A stretch of 62,862 nucleotides of DNA, filler included, from Vannella sp. (Eukaryota), in the NCBI GenBank assembly GCA_023345925.1. It is 7 parts of 7 records of this genome, joined end to end, with 100 filler letters (N's around TTAATTAATTAA, not from the genome) between each part and the next. Parts side by side here need not be neighbours in the genome. Positions count along the whole stretch, not along the records: positions 21,302 to 36,122 come from JAJQQN010000442.1; positions 36,223 to 44,603 come from JAJQQN010001054.1; positions 44,704 to 50,563 come from JAJQQN010000091.1; 4 more parts are not named here. One strand, written 5' to 3'. A program made the position numbers and the translations under genes. The notes under the pieces are model-generated. The model was not told the origin of the DNA. It saw only the letters and a program-made list of their open reading frames with translations, and made no database searches. Below, in pieces: positions 35,229 to 47,330 of the stretch. How positions within the stretch are numbered: the stretch's first letter is position 1; each line of letters begins with the position of its first letter.

Positions 35229-36122
35229 TCACATGGCTGTGATCATCGCCAGTACTACAGCGAAGGAGACTGCAAGGAGAATACTGTCTGAGCTTGCGTT
35301 GCTGTTCCCTCCGGGCACAGGAACGGGAATGGGGACGGGCACCGGCACGGGGAATGGCACCGGATTGGGAACAGGAACGGGGATGGGGTTGGGAACGGGG
35401 TTGGGAACCGGAACGGGATTGGGAACCGGAACAGGAACCGGATTGGGAACGGGGACAGGGTTCTGGACCGGCACGGGGTTGGGAACAGGAATCGGGTTGG
35501 GAACAGGTCTTGGAACAGGCACGGGATTGGGAACAGGAATCGGGTTGGGCACAGGCACGTTGGTGGAAACCGGAACTTGCACTTGGAACACGCTGGCAGA
35601 CAATGCGATGGATGGTGAGGGCACCGGAGACTGAGAAGCAGAGTTCAGTTCATTGACATCGCGGCGCCGGGCAATGGAAAGTCTCCCCACTGCGCGAACA
35701 TCTCCGCACACTTTGCCAGTGCCGTCAGGGCTGGTGGCGAAGAGACCAGCACTAGCGCATTGGAAGCGCCCAGATTGGTCCACAACAGCCACGCAATAGT
35801 CGCTCAGCACCACATTGGCTTGGTTCAAGGCAAAGCACACTTGAAGGGCCTGGGTGGGCTGCACCAACGTTCCATTCACGGTTTGGATGGTCAACAGGAT
35901 GAGAGGGGCGACCAACTGCACGCTGGACGCGGGCACAGGAAGTCCGCTTATAGGCACTTCGGTTGAGTTCACCTGAGGGAAGGGAGGGAGGCCACTGCGG
36001 GGGAGCGTGGCGATGGTCCCATTGGTGATCACCACAATGAAGGGGTCTGGTGATGGTGAAGGGGACACGGAAATGCTTGCCGTCAGAGAGGGGGTCACGG
36101 AAGACGAAGGAGTGCGCGATGC
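35229..36122 (-). CDS. cell-surface protein fragment: Ser/Thr/Pro stalk, Cys-containing GAIN/GPS-like domain, (PV/PN/PI)n repeat, hydrophobic GPI-like tail; 5' truncated
   Basis: PVPNPIPVPNP repeats at ~35313-35558 and C-terminus SNASSDSILLAVSFAVVLAMITAM. Confidence 0.75.
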   Translation of the reverse strand, partial: ASRTPSSSVTPSLTASISVSPSPSPDPFIVVITNGTIATLPRSGLPPFPQVNSTEVPISGLPVPASSVQLVAPLILLTIQTVNGTLVQPTQALQVCFALNQANVVLSDYCVAVVDQSGRFQCASAGLFATSPDGTGKVCGDVRAVGRLSIARRRDVNELNSASQSPVPSPSIALSASVFQVQVPVSTNVPVPNPIPVPNPVPVPRPVPNPIPVPNPVPVQNPVPVPNPVPVPVPNPVPVPNPVPNPIPVPVPNPVPFPVPVPVPIPVPVPGGNSNASSDSILLAVSFAVVLAMITAM

Positions 36123-36222
36123 NNNNNNNNNNNNNNNNNNNNNNNNNNNNNNNNNNNNNNNNNNNNTTAATTAATTAANNNNNNNNNNNNNNNNNNNNNN
36201 NNNNNNNNNNNNNNNNNNNNNN
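36123..36222. other. artificial contig spacer
   Basis: N44-TTAATTAATTAA-N44. Confidence 0.99.
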
Positions 36223-36223
36223 C

Positions 36224-36283
36224 GTCGAGGGTCAACTCGCTGCCTGCTCCTGGGACCAGACCGTCGACATCTTCACAATGTAA
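36224..36283 (+). CDS. 3' end of a WD40 protein (resembles the PEX7 C-terminus)
   Basis: VEGQLAACSWDQTVDIFTM followed by a stop. Confidence 0.45.
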   Translation, partial: VEGQLAACSWDQTVDIFTM

Positions 36284-36456
36284 TACAATCCAAACCTACT
36301 TCCTTTGCTAAAAAATCTCTCAATGAATCATTAAACAGAGTATTTTAATTCTTTATTCATTGACAGCCTGTTTGCAAAAAGGGCGGGAAAAAAAACGTAG
36401 CGGTGATGCGCGTAATGAGGACAGCTTTTGCCGTTTCTCTTGCCATTTACTGTTTG

Positions 36457-39400
36457 ATGTCTGCTGGGGGCTACCTTAAGTTCCTGGAGGTGCACAACTT
36501 CAAGTCCTACAAGGGGACGCAGCGGGTTGGGCCGTTCAAGAAGTTCTCGTGCATTATTGGGCCAAATGGTTCGGGTGAGTGTGGCTGTCCGTTGGTAGAC
36601 GCTCTCTAACCATCCAACAGGTAAATCCAACCTAGTGGATGCCATCAGCTTCGTTCTGGGGGTCAAAGCAACACACTTGAGAGGGTCTCAAGTCACCGAT
36701 CTGATCTTCCGAGTGGATGGTGAAGCCCGCCGAGCAAAGTCAGCCTACGTGAAGCTGGTTTATGCAACGGATGACAACGAGGAGACGGAGTTCATGCGCG
36801 AGATCAAAGGCGAGGAGGCCGAGTACAGCATCAACGGCAGAGAGAGAACTTGGGAACAGTACGACAAAGCTCTCAGCAAGCTCAGCATCATTGTACAAGC
36901 AAAGAACTTCCTCGTCTTCCAAGGAGACGTCGAATCTCTTGCCACCAAGTCCCCCAAGGCACTCACAGAGCTGTTTGAAGAGATCTCTGGCAGTATCCAA
37001 CACAAGGAACGTTACGAGAAGCTTCTTGCTGCCAAAGAACTGGCAGAAGAGAACACGCGGTTCCATGAGAAGAAGAGGAAAGGCATCAACGCCGAGAAGA
37101 TGCAGTTTGACCAGCAAATGACGGAAGCCGAGAAGTACGAGAAGCTTGTGAAGCGGAAGAAGGACCTGACAGTCGAGTACATGCTCTTCCAGCTCTTCCA
37201 CATCAAACAAGACCTCAACAAGTACGAGAAGGTCGTCCTCGCCCACCGAAAGAAGCTCTCCGACCTCCAATCCGAACGAATGAAGCTCAACGAGCAGCTT
37301 CATGACAAGAAGAACACTCAGAACACCTACCGCAAGCAGGCACTGAAGATTGAACAGCAGATTCGGAAGATTCGACGAGAGTCTGACAAGGAAAGACCGG
37401 CCATGATCGCCGCCAAGGAGGAGATTGACCACCTTCAGAAGCGCCTAGCTACCATCACCTCCTCCACCGAAGAGAAGGCCCAATCGATTGAGAATCACGA
37501 GCAACTGATCGAAGAGCTTCAAGAGAAGCTCTCCACAGTCCAACAAGAGCAGGCAGCCTTCGAGAAGCACATGGCGAGAGAAGAAGCGGAGAATGTCCAA
37601 CTTTCAGGAGCCAATCTCCGTGAGTTTAACGACAAGAAGCAAGAAGTTGCTCGCCAAACTGCCTTGGAGAGCACAGAACTAGACCAACTCCGTCGTGAAC
37701 AACGATTGGACGAACAATCTCGAGAAACACTGCTTGCTCGTCAAGAGGAGTACGAAGAACGTGTCAAACAGCTTCAGGAGCGCAAGGAACAGTTACAAGA
37801 CAGACTAGCTAAGGTGGAAGAGCTCCGTTCGACCTGCACAGAAAAGAAGGTTGACTTGGATGCCCAACTGCTCGATTACCGAAAGCAGGCCAAGTCCGCT
37901 GAGAAGAAGAAAGAGACGTTGGTTCGTAAGATCGAGGACATTCAAAATGAGCTGCGAGAGCGAAAGGCGGACATGCGCGAGAGCAAGAGGGACCAAAAGT
38001 TCAAAGAGCTCTTGAAGAACCTCTCCCGACTCTTCCCTTCGGTCCGTGGAAGACTAATTGATTTGGTGGAGCCTCGTGAACGCTATGAATTAGCCGTCAC
38101 TGTCACCTTGGGGCGAAACATGGACGCAATCATCGTGGACGATGAGAAGACCGCGGTTGAATGTCTGAACGTAAGTGAAAGCTTGTCCCTCTTCGAGAAC
38201 CGCCCTAACATGGCTTGGTAGTATATGAAAGAACAGCGACTTGGAACCGCAACTTTCATTCCCCTCGACACCATTAAAGTGCGGCCAGTGGATGAACGGC
38301 TCCGCCAATTCGACTCCAGCGTCAAGTTGGTGATGGAAGTGATGAAGTTCCACCATTCCTTCAAGCGCGCTGTGCAATACGCTTGTGGAAATACTGTCGT
38401 CTGTGAGACTGTCGACGATGCGAAACAGATCGCCTACGGGGAAGCTGGAAGGAACATGCCAAAGGCGAAAGTCGTCACTGTCGATGGCGTGCTCATTCGA
38501 AAGTCTGGCTTGATTACTGGTGGTGTCAGCGCCTCTCTGGTCAGCCGAGCGCGAGGATGGGAGCAAAAGGATCTTCAAGCACTGAAAGACAAGCGGGATG
38601 AACTCATTGCAGAGCTTGCTGAGGTCGGTCGCACTCTACGTGTGAAGAGCAAAGAAGAGATTCTCCTCAATCAAATCTCTGGACTGGATACTCGCCTAGA
38701 CTACATTCAAAAGGACCTCGCAATGACAGCTGGCAAGCTGTCAGACACTGAAGAAGACCTTGCCAATGTCCAGGAGAAGCAGGAAGAGATCACTCCCTCC
38801 ATGGAGAACATTCTCCAGAAGATCGGAGAGCGTGATGAACGTATCGATGAACTTCAAGGCAACGTGAAGGCCAAGGAGATAGAAATCTACGGTGATTTTG
38901 CCCGCCGTGCAGGTATTGAAGACATTCACGCTTACGAGGAGCGCCACGTACGACTGGCCAAGGAGAAGGCACAGAAAACGCTTGATTTCTCCAACCAAAT
39001 TGCCAAGTTCAAGAACCAACTGCAATACGAGCAGTCTCGTAACCTCGGTGAAGCCCTCACAAGCGAGCAACAGAGCGCTGAGGAGCACAAAAAGAAGTTG
39101 AAAACTCTTCAAAAGGAGTTCAAGGAACTGAAGGCGTCCCTGGACACCAAAAAGAAGCAAATTGCTACTCAAGAGAAGTCTCTGGAAGTGATTAAGGCAA
39201 CCATGGATGGCAAGGATGGAAAGGTCGCCGAGATTAAGAAACAAATCGACGAGCTGATGGTGAAGATGGGCGCTGTTCAGAAACAGTTCGCAACAGCGGA
39301 AGGGATTGTGGACCAGAATCGCTCCCGCCGCCACAACATCTACCAAACCTGCAAGGTAGAAGAGATCTGGGACTTGATGCCTATCGAAGATGAAGAAATG

Positions 39401-40201
39401 GCAGAGGCTGAGTCGCCAGGATCAGAAGATCCAGACTCCCAAGGTTTGTACGATCGCGAGGACAACGTTTCTGTTAGCTTCCGCAAGTTGCCGCAGCATT
39501 TGAAGCAGTCCAACACCTACGACAAGTGCGTGCTTGACTTTAAGAACCAGCTGCACTCGATTTCTATCGCCATTGACGAGATCGACCCGAACCTGAAAGC
39601 CTCCGTTCATCTCAAACGAGTCAAAGCTCGTTTGGGGAAAACCAAAGGCGACCTGACAGAAGCACGAGCTACTTCAGATGAAGCTGCTCGCAAGTTCAAG
39701 GAAGTTCGCAAGCTGAGGATTGCCCAATTCAACGAGTCCTTCAAACCTATCGCCGGAGAGATTGATAACATCTACAAAGCACTCACTGCAAGTAGTGGGG
39801 GCCAAGCTGGGGGTACTGCCTACTTGAACGTTGACAACACCGAAGAGCCCTATCTTGGAGGCGTTCGATTCCACGTCATGCCACCGAACAAGCGATTCCG
39901 GGATATGGAACAGCTCTCTGGTGGTGAAAAGACTGTAGCAGCCTTAGCTCTCTTATTCTCTATGCACAGCATCCACCCCGCGCCGTTCTTCCTCCTCGAT
40001 GAAGTAGATGCAGCACTCGATAAGGCGAACATCGCCCGTGTTGCCCGCTACCTCCAATCCCGAAAGCGCGACATCCAGTTCATCGTCGTGTCCCTTCAAG
40101 ATCGGTTCTATGAGAACGCTGATAGCCTCATTGGCGTCATGTTTGATCAAGCCCAGAGATGCTCCGCCACCTTGTCTCTCGATCTGAGCGTTTACAATTG
40201 A
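36457..40201 (+). CDS. SMC1: cohesin subunit SMC1, 3 exons
   Basis: [40 protein letters not shown], hinge TFIPLD and [39 protein letters not shown]. Confidence 0.98.
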
Positions 40202-40357
40202 CAAACTTCTTCCGAAAATTTTCGGAGCTTTTGTGATTCAGCTTCCTCTCCCCAATTGTTATCCAACGAAGCAATATGTTGAATATACTTCTGTTTTCAG
40301 TATTTCATTGTTGGGAAGCCAAAGTTAGACCTTTTCTGCTGAGCTTTGGGGGACGAC

Positions 40358-42353
40358 ATGAACATCTTCGAGATCCTCTGTAAGAACGCTGCGTTCAAGA
40401 TAGACCCTGGGTTGGATAAGAATGGCCCTCTTTGGAAGATGATGGAGGCGTATGCTGCGGCTAAGGATGCGGGTGAGGACACAAGCGCCATTTGCTCCCT
40501 TGAGCAGGTACTGCAGTCTAGCGAGGTGCTCGCCTTCGTACAAAACGACCACAAACCTCTTGTCAACTTGTAAGATCGCCTTTCTTCCTTTTCAACTGCC
40601 GCCTAGCCTCATATGCCACAGCCTCACGGAGAAATCCAATCTGGACAAGCTTCTTAAATACGTCATCTCCGGGCCCTCAGAGTGCGTAGCTACACTCTCT
40701 TACTTCAAGACCCTCTCAAGAAAGCTGACAACTCTGTAGTTTGGGTCAGAAGAGCCAAAAGATCCTCTGTCACAACGTCACCTCCGTCCGCGAGATTGTG
40801 TTCAGTGATGCTGTGGATAACCTGAATACCTTGTTTGGATTCGAGACGGAAGACTCACTCGACAGCTCTCTCCCCAAAATGGACGACATGCACTTGGCCT
40901 TGTTGACAGTAGTGATCCAAAAGTTCCTTAACACTCACAGCTGGTACATGGCCGACTTCTTTAGTACCAAGGAAGGCTTCCAAAAGAAGCCTGAACAGCT
41001 CCTTTCCTCTTCTGCGCTGCTTCTCACCCTTGTGGACACCAACTACTGCTACAGCGGCTCTGCTCTCGGCCAGGTGTGACTCCTCCTCCTTTCCTCTTTA
41101 TGGCATGACTGATAACACCGTGCTTAGTGGCTGGAGAGTATTGAGATCGTAAGCGTACTCCTGCAGGCATTTAAGGGTGATCAAGGAGAAGCTGTGATTG
41201 CTTGTGCTGGAGAGGTGCTCCGAAGCATCATCCAGTCCATTTCACCACTCCTCCAACAGTTAGAAACTGAGGCAATGATCTCTCAGCTCCTCAAGGATGC
41301 ATTTGAGGAAACAAACCCGCAAAGCGAGATGGCCCAGGAGCAAGCCATCTCCGTGTGCCGTGTTCTTGCTGACAAGTACAACGCCGAGGGTCGCGAACGC
41401 CTACCGGAGTCTCTGCGTCCTATTGTTGAGAACCTGAACGTTCTCGAAAGCCTCCTTGCTCCATCTACCTCAGGGGATGCACACAACTTCACCAACACAA
41501 CAGGACTTGTAGTACCCTTTGGTATGCGCCGTCTGCGTGTTGTTGAGCTTATCGGCTCCTTGCTGAATGTTGACAACCGCGAAATCAACGACGCCATCCT
41601 CGAGAAGGGCCTCTTCCAACACCTCATCGACGCCTTCTTCCTTTACCAATTCAACAACATCCTTCAAACGGCCGTGATGGCCATGCTCAACCAGGTCTTC
41701 CGCTCTGACAACCGCGACTACGTTTGCCGTGTTCTGAACGGAACAGACTTGATCAAGAGGGTGTGTACTGGTCTCCAAGGGGATCTCCAATTACAGAAAA
41801 CAGAGTACGGCGGTACCCTCTCCTCCTTCTATCTTCTTTCTAACGAATGTGGCTTAGAAAGGAAGTGTCCCCGTTGTATGGGTTCCATTGCCTTCTGAAG
41901 GAAGCCTTCGCCAACTTGTCGTTATTCACAGAAGTGGCTCCCATCTTTGCGCAATCAGAGGCTTGGAATACCTTCTTGCAGTTTGAACCGGTTTCGATTG
42001 TGAATGACGAAGAAGCTCCTGCAGAGAGCGGGGAAGAGGTAGCCATGGCGGAGGAGGTAACCATGGCGGAGGAGGTAGCCATCGTGGAGGAGGTAACCAT
42101 GGTGGAGATTGGGACAACTGTTGAAACAGCTGATTCTGCCAATGAGGTTGCCTTCACAGGCACTGTTGTGGAGAAGGAGGTCTCCGAAACCATTCCGGGT
42201 GCTGAAGAAACAACGGATAAGGATCCAATGGATACCACTCCTGCCGCAGACGCAACGTCAGAGGGAGCCTCTGATCAGCCCGAAGATATGGCTGGGGCAA
42301 AGGATGAACCCAAAGCAACAGACGAAGCTGAGGATAGAATGGACATGTCCTAA
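40358..42353 (+). CDS. SIT4-associated/PP6 regulatory subunit (SAPS domain), about 5 exons
   Basis: SLEQVL....V......L.NF, TTG.V.PFGMRRLRVVEL, FFLYQFNNILQ, and an acidic tail. Confidence 0.82.
42034..42108 (+). repeat. 18-bp coding minisatellite (EEV[A/T][M/I][A/V]), about 4 copies
   Basis: GAGGAGGTAGCCATGGCG-like units in the SAPS tail. Confidence 0.9.
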
Positions 42354-42507
42354 ACTCTCGCTCCCCTTCTGGATCGGTCACTGGCCAACCGGCCTCCCAT
42401 TCCTTCCTTCCATTCAATACAATGCAGCGATGCAAGACTTTTTGATCTAATTAATGTGTGATTAGCGAATGATTCTGTTCATTCTCTTTCAGCATTCTTT
42501 GGCGCTC

Positions 42508-44479
42508 ATGGCGGGAAGGTTCAACGACAATGAGTCCGTCTTGGGTCAGAGTCTTCTGGGGAACGTTCACACGGCCAAAGTGTTGGTGGTGGGGGCGGGA
42601 GGGATTGGCTGTGAGCTGTTGAAGAACATGGCGCTCTCTGGATTCCATCACATCGAGGTGGTATGTTGATCTTGGCCTTCCAAGGGTGTGCAACAGCTCA
42701 AAGGGAGCTAGATTGACTTGGACACCATTGATCTGAGCAACCTCAATCGCCAGTTTCTCTTCCGCAAGCACCACATTGACTCTTCTAAGGCAGAGGTGCG
42801 CTCTTTCCTCCTCTTTGGGCTTTACCGACAAGGGAGTGATCCAGGTTGCTCGGGAGTCTGCCCTTCAGTTCAACAAACAGTGTAATATCACTGCTTACCA
42901 CGCTAACATCAAGGAAAGCCGCTTTAGCGTGGAGTACTTTGCTTCCTTTGCTCTCGTACTGATGGCGCTTGACAACGTCGGTACGGCCTTCCCTGCTCTT
43001 CCGCTGGACTTCTTGAGCTGACTGCCAAGGAAATAGATGCTCGTAGACACGTCAATCGTATGTGCTTGGCCGCCAACGTTCCCCTCGTGGAGAGTGGCAC
43101 GGCGGGGTACTTGGGGCAGGTGCAGGTCATCAAGAAGGACCTCTTTGAGTGCTACGAGTGCCGTCCTCAGCCACGCACAAAGTCTTATGCGTATTGTACT
43201 ATCCATAACACGCCATCGAAGCCTATCCACTGCATTGTGTGGGCGAAGATCAAGTTTTCTGATCAGTTTGCCCTTCAAGAGCCATCTGCTGACGCAGAAA
43301 CAGCAGAGAACAAAGAGGAAGATCTTGTAGAGGATGAAGTGATGGTGAATGAGGAGAAGGAGCTCGCAGAACTCGAAAATGTGTCGAAACCGCGCTGGCT
43401 CTTTAGAAAGCTCTTCCATCGCGATGTTCTCCAGCGCATCCGCATGGCAGCAGTATCTGGAACAGACATTTGGAAAGGAAACGCCCCTCCAACGCCCCTT
43501 CTCCCTCCCACCCAAGTCCCAAGTGAGTCCACCAAAACCGGTTGGACCGACCAAACGGTTCTCAGCCTCGAAGAGAACATTTCTCTCTTCCTTTGCTCTG
43601 CGCAGCGCCTCTTTGATAGAGTCAGCGGCGGAGTAGGCATAGAATGGGACAAAGACGACGAAGATGCCTTAAACTGGGTTCTTAGTGCATCGAACATTCG
43701 TTGCCAAATGTTCGGCATTCCATTGCAGAGTAAGTTTGACACGAAAGCAATTGCCGGAAACATTATTCCGGCAATTGCCACGACCAACGCTATCATTGCT
43801 GGCTTGATTGTCCTCGAAGCCTTTAAGATCCTTGCTGGACAACTGGACAAGTGCAAATATACTTATTTGCTTCGCCGGCCTTCCGGCAAGAGTGTCTTGA
43901 TGGACACTGAGTTGGAATCTCCCAGTCCTTCGGTAAGAAGACCGGAGCGGTCCTATAAGCCAAGTTCATATCTGATTGAGTGTTTAGTGTTATATCTGCT
44001 CGGCAAGTCAAGTGAGCGTCGCTCTTGACACAAAGCGCTTCACATTGGAGCAGTTTGCCCGAGAAATTTTGCAGCAGGAGCTTGGCATGGCCTATCCGAA
44101 CTTGTTCTTGTGCTCAGATAACCTTTACGAATGCTCTCCAGATATGGACGAAGAGGAAATCGCTCAAATGAAAGAGCAAGGAGCCAAGTCATTAGCAGAA
44201 GCGGGTCTTACAGATGGAACCCTGGTCCGAGCAGAGGACGAGTTCCAAGACCTTGCCATTGACATTCTTCTGACTCACCGAGAGCAGCCTGATGATGTCA
44301 CTGAAGCAAAGGAAGGAGAAGACACCGCAACTCCTCTTTTTGTGATCACAAAGGGTGCTGCCTCCTCGGGAAACGTTCCTGAGGCAACAGAAGAGACTTC
44401 TCCTGTTGCCTTCAAACGCAAACGTCCAGAAGAGGACGACGAACCATCCCAGCCGCCCTTCAAATCCCAAAAGCTGTGA
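42508..44479 (+). CDS. UBA2: SUMO-activating enzyme subunit 2, 5 exons
   Basis: [45 protein letters not shown], catalytic [31 protein letters not shown], and a C-terminal NLS KRKR. Confidence 0.97.
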
Positions 44480-44603
44480 GAATGAAGTCCGGCTCTCACT
44501 CCATTCTTCCAAGTGAACCCGCTTTCGTAAGAAAAGAGGTTAAATCCAAATACATGTCATTGCTTTCATTTTCATGCATTGGAGTGACATCACAGTTCGA
44601 CGC

Positions 44604-44703
44604 NNNNNNNNNNNNNNNNNNNNNNNNNNNNNNNNNNNNNNNNNNNNTTAATTAATTAANNNNNNNNNNNNNNNNNNNNNNNNNNNNNNNNNNNNNNNNN
44701 NNN
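44604..44703. other. artificial contig spacer
   Basis: N44-TTAATTAATTAA-N44. Confidence 0.99.
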
Positions 44704-45341
44704 GGTTCCGCTAAGTAGGTTGGTGCGTAAGACCCTGCAAGGCATCAGTGAGTTAAGTCTCATGTTTGCGGCTCTCGTGTGGGTCTCCACCTCTTTCGAG
44801 TGGAGGGGGGACAGAAAGTTCTCACATTTGCAGCAGACTCCCCATGTGGGGCCATTCAGGAAGAGTTCCGGTGATCTGGTTCACCTGCAAGTCCCTACAA
44901 CCAATCGATGAGCGATCTCTTATGTAACATGACGAAGGTCTCGTTCCACTGAGAGGACTCACATGTACTGCAGGCTCGTCAGATTGGGCCATTCAGGAAG
45001 AGTTCCACCGATTTGGTTTTCCTGCAAGTACCTGCAAGCCATCGATGAGTCATTGAGCAGAGAAGGGAGTGAGAGTCTCCTTACAGGTCCGTGAGAGCAG
45101 GAAGTTGTAGATCCGGAAGTGATCCAGTCAAGTTGTTTGAGCCAATGACAATTCGAAGTACAGTCTGATTCGAGCCATCACACACCACGCCGAACCAAGA
45201 GCAAGGATCCGCTTGGGTGTCCCATTTGGTGGACCAGAAAGGGCCACCAGTTGAGTAGTAAAGGTTGAGAAGAGAGTCCTTCTCGTACTGAGGAAGGCAA
45301 GCAACGAAGAGAATCACGGTGAAGATAACAAGCAGCCGCAT
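44704..45341 (-). CDS. secreted or receptor LRR protein (LRRNT cap plus plant-type LRRs), 3' truncated
   Basis: Signal peptide, L..LY.STGG..W...W....DPCSWFGVVC cap, and LxxNxLxGxLP repeats in 69-nt exons at 45031-44963 and 44894-44826. Confidence 0.9.
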
Positions 45342-45500
45342 GGGCAACGGCGACAACAAAAAAACCCCTCCAGTAACTGTCAACCATCGTCCAATCAAAA
45401 GTCTTCAACAGGAAAAATGAGATTTTGGCTGTAGAAGATCTTCTGAGGATTTTTGGATAAATTTACGGAATGCATTGATTGATGATTTTCATTTCTTGGG

Positions 45501-47324
45501 ATGGCGGAGGGCGGAGAGGGGGAAATGTCCCTTTTGCTTGAGGATGTGCGGCCAGTGGAGGAGTACCAGAGGCTGTGGGAGTTTGGAGATGGTTCAACAG
45601 GCCAAGCATCCGTCTTCCGAGCGCGGGTGGGAACGGAGAAGTTTGCAGTTTTGGGTGATGTCATCGAAAGAGGCTTTTTGGAGTGTCCTTCGGATCTCAT
45701 CCCTTCCTTTGCCACTCAAAGAGACTCAATGGTACATCCTTCATCCTTCCAACTGCTTTGGTCGTCCCAGGGCTGCTCATTTTGGAGACCAATGCCGCCT
45801 TCAAGTGACTATGTGGTAAGTTCCCGCTCCTCCTCGCCATCTCTGACATCCCACAGTCTATTGGAGACTTTCTGCAGAGAGGAAATCATCCTCCTGATGT
45901 GGGACTTGCTCTATGCGTTCACAGAAGCCTTGTCATCGAGGGAAGTGCCGCCTATGAGCCCAATCGGTCGTGCATATGGCCCGACTTCTTTGCAGAGTCT
46001 CTTCCATCTCCTGAACTCTCTCTGTGGCGCATTGAAGCGCCCAATCTTGTCTCTGAGGACGGAGAACCAATCTCATTCGGTCACAATTACTTTGTGGCTC
46101 AACCGTCCTTTGAAAGGCCCACTTTCCCAGTTTATGCCCTCCGGAATCCAAACTTTGGGACTCTCAGTTCATCCAAACTGCCCTTTACTGCACATGCTCA
46201 TCAGCATGACCCATTTGACCTCGGATTGCTTCAGGAAGCCTTCGTACTTCCCTCAAAGGTGTCCAAAGAGGAAGCTTTGAAGTTGTATCGAACGTGGGTG
46301 GAAGGGCTGTGGTTTGCTCCTGCCAATATAAGGCAACAGCAGTTTCATGAAGGTCTGTTTGAGCAGGTGTATCTGCCCTACTATGCATTTGATGCCACAA
46401 TGACTTCCAATTACACTGCAGAAGAGAGAGTTCCTGAAGCAAGTCAAACTCTGGAAGGAGCAGAGTGGAGGAATGTTGAAACAACTCATACTACGGAGCA
46501 CTGCGATTTACTGCAGCCAGCCTTTGAAGAGTACGAGCTGAAGGAACTGATAACAGAGGAGTTTGTTGGTTGGGCTTTGAGCGAAGGAGTCCCGACGCCT
46601 ATGAAAGAACTTCCTGCTCACCTCTTACCTCTGGCAGCTCCCAGTGAAAGGTGGCCGGTGTGCCAACATATCCTCTTCAACAGAGAAGCCACAGCAAAGA
46701 AGGAAGCCATGAGCATGAGTCACTTGGAGACCCGCCACATTGATGTCTTCTCGGAACTTACAAGTGTCCGCTTCCGGATGATCTTAGTGCCTATCTTGAC
46801 GACTTCATTCTATCATGGCGGGCACAAATATCACTTTGTCATCAATGCAGTGACTGGGGCCACAAATGGTTCTCGCCCTTATGCGCTCTGGAATGGCCTA
46901 GGAAGCCTTTGGCAGCGCGAAGAAGTGCCAGGGGTCTACTCCGGCAGCCAGCTGGCGGGCGGAAAGTCCTCGGAGTTGTTTAAGGATGGACTGTTCTACC
47001 TAGTCTTTCCTCCCTCAAAGCGGAATCTCCTTACCACTGAAGTAGGTTGGATAGAGCTGCAGAACAACAGCAGTAATCCCATCAAATTTCAAGGCAAAGA
47101 GCGGAACGGCAAAAGGGTGGGAATCATCTACAAACTAGAAGCCCAGCAAACTCTTTTCTTTCCCTACAAGGGCCACTGGTAAGTCTCTCCAAAGGCAAGT
47201 TAATATCTAATCTCTGGTATTTAGGGTCCTGGAAGTCCTAGTTGGTGACCCGCAATCGTTAGTATTGAAGGGTCAGTCTCCATCAGGAGGCTCAGCCCAT
47301 ACCAATTTGTTACATATGGTGTGA
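45501..47324 (+). CDS. Vps62-like N-terminal domain fused to an uncharacterised 'WFAP..YLPY..ING.TG...G.RP' domain, 3 exons
   Basis: FAVLGDV, HPSSFQLLW...SFWRPMPP..YVSIGD..PP....CVHRSLV; then W...LWFAP, VYLPYYAFD, ILVPI...FY.GG.KY.FVINAVTG...GSRPY. Confidence 0.7.
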
Positions 47325-47330
47325 AGGCTT

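Noticed and set aside
35233..35634. Plus-strand (GT)n ORF resembling an ice-binding or antifreeze repeat
   Set aside because: It is the antisense of the Pro-X repeat gene, which has a coherent domain and C-terminal anchor.
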